Source: Marsupella aquatica (lineage: Eukaryota; Plantae; Marchantiophyta). Taken from it: 64,000 bases of DNA. Within the stretch, counting starts at the first letter, position 1; each line of letters opens with the position of its first letter. The notes below the pieces were generated by a model. That model was given only the letters and a program-made list of their open reading frames with translations. It made no database searches and was not told where the DNA came from. Both the position numbers and the translations under genes were made by a program. Below are positions 60,926 to 64,000 of the stretch, piece by piece. The stretch spans positions 18,873,048 to 18,937,047 of the forward strand of contig OZ316891.1 of assembly GCA_973895155.1 (NCBI GenBank), given 5' to 3'.

Positions 60926-63900
60926 TGATGTGTGATTTTGATGTGTGATTACGGGCACGGAGCTCGATCAATAGATGATTTCTCAGGACTCTCCAAGAGT
61001 TTGAAGCGGGCAGCAATAGTGAGTTCAAGAATCCACTCCAGTAGTAACGACTCAGGGAATATTGTACCCCTGATTGTACCCTGTTGGACAATTTTCAGGC
61101 ACCCCATGAATGATTTTTGACAATATCAAAGAAACAAATGATTCTTGCGCTAGGGTCGCTTCAGTATTGGGTGCGGATGGCTCCGTGGCTCAGACGCCAG
61201 GCCCCTCAGTGCAGCATCAAGGCAAAGTGCTTATGCTCATCAGGAATTCCAGCAGGTAGGACAACTCGGGGAAGGGCTGTCTGTGAGACTTCGTATACTT
61301 GTGGAGGAGAATGAAAGAATCATGTATTCTGGATCGATCCGGACACGTTTCACACCTGGTACGTGGAGTCAATCCTAGAAAGGCCTTTTCAGTGGCGCGA
61401 GCTTGGGGGGAAACTTGTCGCGCGTGTGGAGTGGAAAGGCAATCAGCAGGAACCGGATCTCATCGCACTGTGTGCACTGTACTATATACAGGCTCGAGCT
61501 GAGCCCACCGGTAATTGATGGGAACGAAGAGGAGATTCGAGTGCTGGACAATTAGCGAAACTCTTTCTACAAAGTAATCTGCCATCAGCAGAAGGTCCCT
61601 GACCCTCAATTTTGGCCCGGCCCCAAATCATTTGTGTCGGTTATACAGATACCGTCCTTTGCACATTTGGCTTGTATGATCGGTAAATTGAAAGCTAGCG
61701 CCATGCCATCTGCATCCGTCTGTGTTTGCTGTCGGTGACAAGGACTCGGCTTCCAACATGGGAATTGGGAAGGCATACATGATCAGCATGAAAACCCCAC
61801 GCTCCAGAGTCCAGACCAACACATGCACTTAACTCAATGCAAAGCGTTCGCTATGCAATGACACTCCATGATTGTTTACGTTTTCACACTTTGCCTCCCC
61901 GTTCGACAACAATCATGTCGGAAGATGGCCGGCCGGGCCCTTTGCAAGGCACACAAATTCCCCAAATCCTTAACGCCCTTTTGCATTTACGACACTCTCT
62001 CATGATATGCCCTGTAGTAATAAATATGTGGGCTTCTTGTTATGAACGACAATCCCTCAGGAAAAAGTATTCAGGGTACAAGACATGCACAAGATCTCAA
62101 GTTGGGACTGCAGCCCGTGTGTTGGACAGGTATAATTTGCTAAATTGGTGGGGGCCCACTATGAAAAGGCTCCCTTTTGGGCCCCCCTTTTTGTATGCTG
62201 CCCACTATGAAAAGGCTCCTTTTTGGGGCCCCTTGTTTGTATGCTGGCTATTTGAATGGAATTCATTTGGTTTTGTCGAGGCAAAAAAAAAAGGCTTCTT
62301 GTTGCCGAGAGTTTCCATGAGTACTCGGTGCATGAGGCCTCTCCGCCTGCGCCGTTGCCAATGTTAAATTCTCGTCACCAACGAGCCACGACTGCTGCCG
62401 TGGAATAGAATTCTGGGTTTATCGGTTTGTAACTAAGTGGTTTCAGGGTGAGAAATTATTGTCTGTGCATTTATTGATTGTCCCTCCCTTCCAAACGACC
62501 CTCCCTTGTAACACTTCCGCTGGAACATTGCACCTCGGTCATTCTCCTCAACCATTGCAGTTCAGGTCGGCCACTGCAAGAACACATCAATGAACACTGT
62601 ATTCTGCCCACCGGTGCGGTTTCACATGATCCGAACCAACGACTTGCTCTTTCGCAGGAGCGAAATTGCTCGAAAACATGTGTGATTTCGGGGCTAAATG
62701 ATGGACACGAATTAATGGCATCGCGCGTTTCTTCTCACCAACATCTCCGGGCAGCACACTACGTCTAAGTAGCAAAGACCAATATTGTTGTTAGACGTGA
62801 CTCGGAGGGACATATACTTTGGATTCATTATGAGGAAAGAAGCTAACTCTGAAAGATTCTATATTACAATCCAAGTGCCCCAAAAACAAAGGATGCCCAG
62901 ACATTTTGTATTTTTCTCAAGGGGAAACCGCTTAGGAGCAAGCCGAGCAAGGATGTCTAGCGATTAGCTTACAAGCCTCTAACGCAGTCCAACCATTCCA
63001 TGTAGCCATCTGTGGAGTAGATGGACACAAAAACTTAGTGGATCATCGATGACAGAGAAGTGATCAGTATCGTAGACTTCGCGGTCAGGTTCAGTGTGAA
63101 ATAAACCTGAAGGCATTCATATCTTCAGTTTCACAAATGAACAAATTATACTATACGAGCTTAATCGCAGGGCGTTTCACATTAAGATGTTGTTGCAAAA
63201 ATAATATGTAAATATGTTATTGTATTTAAGATGTTGTTAAATAAAATATATTTAATTAAAATATATGGTTGTTCAAAATATATCTTTAAGTAAAATATGT
63301 TATCGCCCAAAGATGTAGCTTATTAAAAGATATCATTCTGCGGAAGAAGGTCAATGGGTAATAGATGACATTGGCTAAAAGTGTAGCTGGAAAAATATCA
63401 CGGTGCAAAAAATATATTTGTTAGAAAAGATCTCATTGTTTAAAAACAGTGAAAGATATCATGACACAAAGGGAGGCAACAACCACCAATGCACAACAAA
63501 ATGAGAATTGTTTTTTTATCGTTTTTGTCCTTTTTAACCTTAATACCCCGGCTGTATGTGTAGTGCATGTATGTGATACTCTCCCAGATGCTCAGTTTCG
63601 ACGACAAGGATAGCTAAATTGTAAAGCTGACAACTACAAGATGCCAGCAGACAAACGTGCAAGCATAAAAATGTCCTGCAAATCCCCGTGCGAATAAAAC
63701 AAGCAATATGCATTTTTAGAAGCTCAAAGAATTGCAGGGGGGAGGAAATTTGTTTTTTAAAGCACTTTTTCCATAAGATGGTCAACTACAGGAACTGGTT
63801 TTCTCTGCCTGCCCCACTGGAATTGCTACAGTATCGAAGGTAATGAGCTTAGTTTGGAAGTCCCAAAGAGAAAAAGGACCGATTTAGTAAAACTGGGCGA

Positions 63901-64000
63901 AGCAAACGAGGTCCAGCCACGACGAACACCAAACGATAAAGAAGATGCCAAACTGGAACAGATCGAAAGTGACAAAGTGAGAATCAGTGACCAATGTACT

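Overview
Eukaryotic, intron-rich land-plant DNA. A non-seed plant such as a bryophyte is plausible from the gene content, but that is inference. There are three host genes: a 5-exon pectin methylesterase (+), an organelle-targeted OsmC/Ohr-family gene (-) and an 8-exon CYP701 / ent-kaurene-oxidase-like P450 (-). They sit among dense transposon sequence: a Sola-like DDD transposase remnant, 8-bp-TSD MITEs, 9-bp-TSD Mutator-like foldbacks (one a 1.48-kb near-perfect palindrome), a Tourist-like MITE and a Copia remnant. At 36.4-55.8 kb there is a nest in which a Gypsy-like element with AGT...ACT termini has inserted into an opposite-strand LTR of its own family and itself carries a 4.3-kb ORF-bearing solo LTR and a 10.4-kb CACTA. 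The top candidate for a new system is this CACTA. It carries an open SET-domain exon between its zinc-finger first exon and its transposase exons, and both downstream acceptors are in phase 0, so one 5' exon could be spliced to either a SET methyltransferase-like domain or the transposase. A second candidate is a TRIM-like mini LTR element whose LTR contains a tRNA-like Pol III cassette, comparable to Cassandra but with tRNA in place of 5S. Splice models and domain calls were made by eye and need HMM and RNA-seq confirmation.
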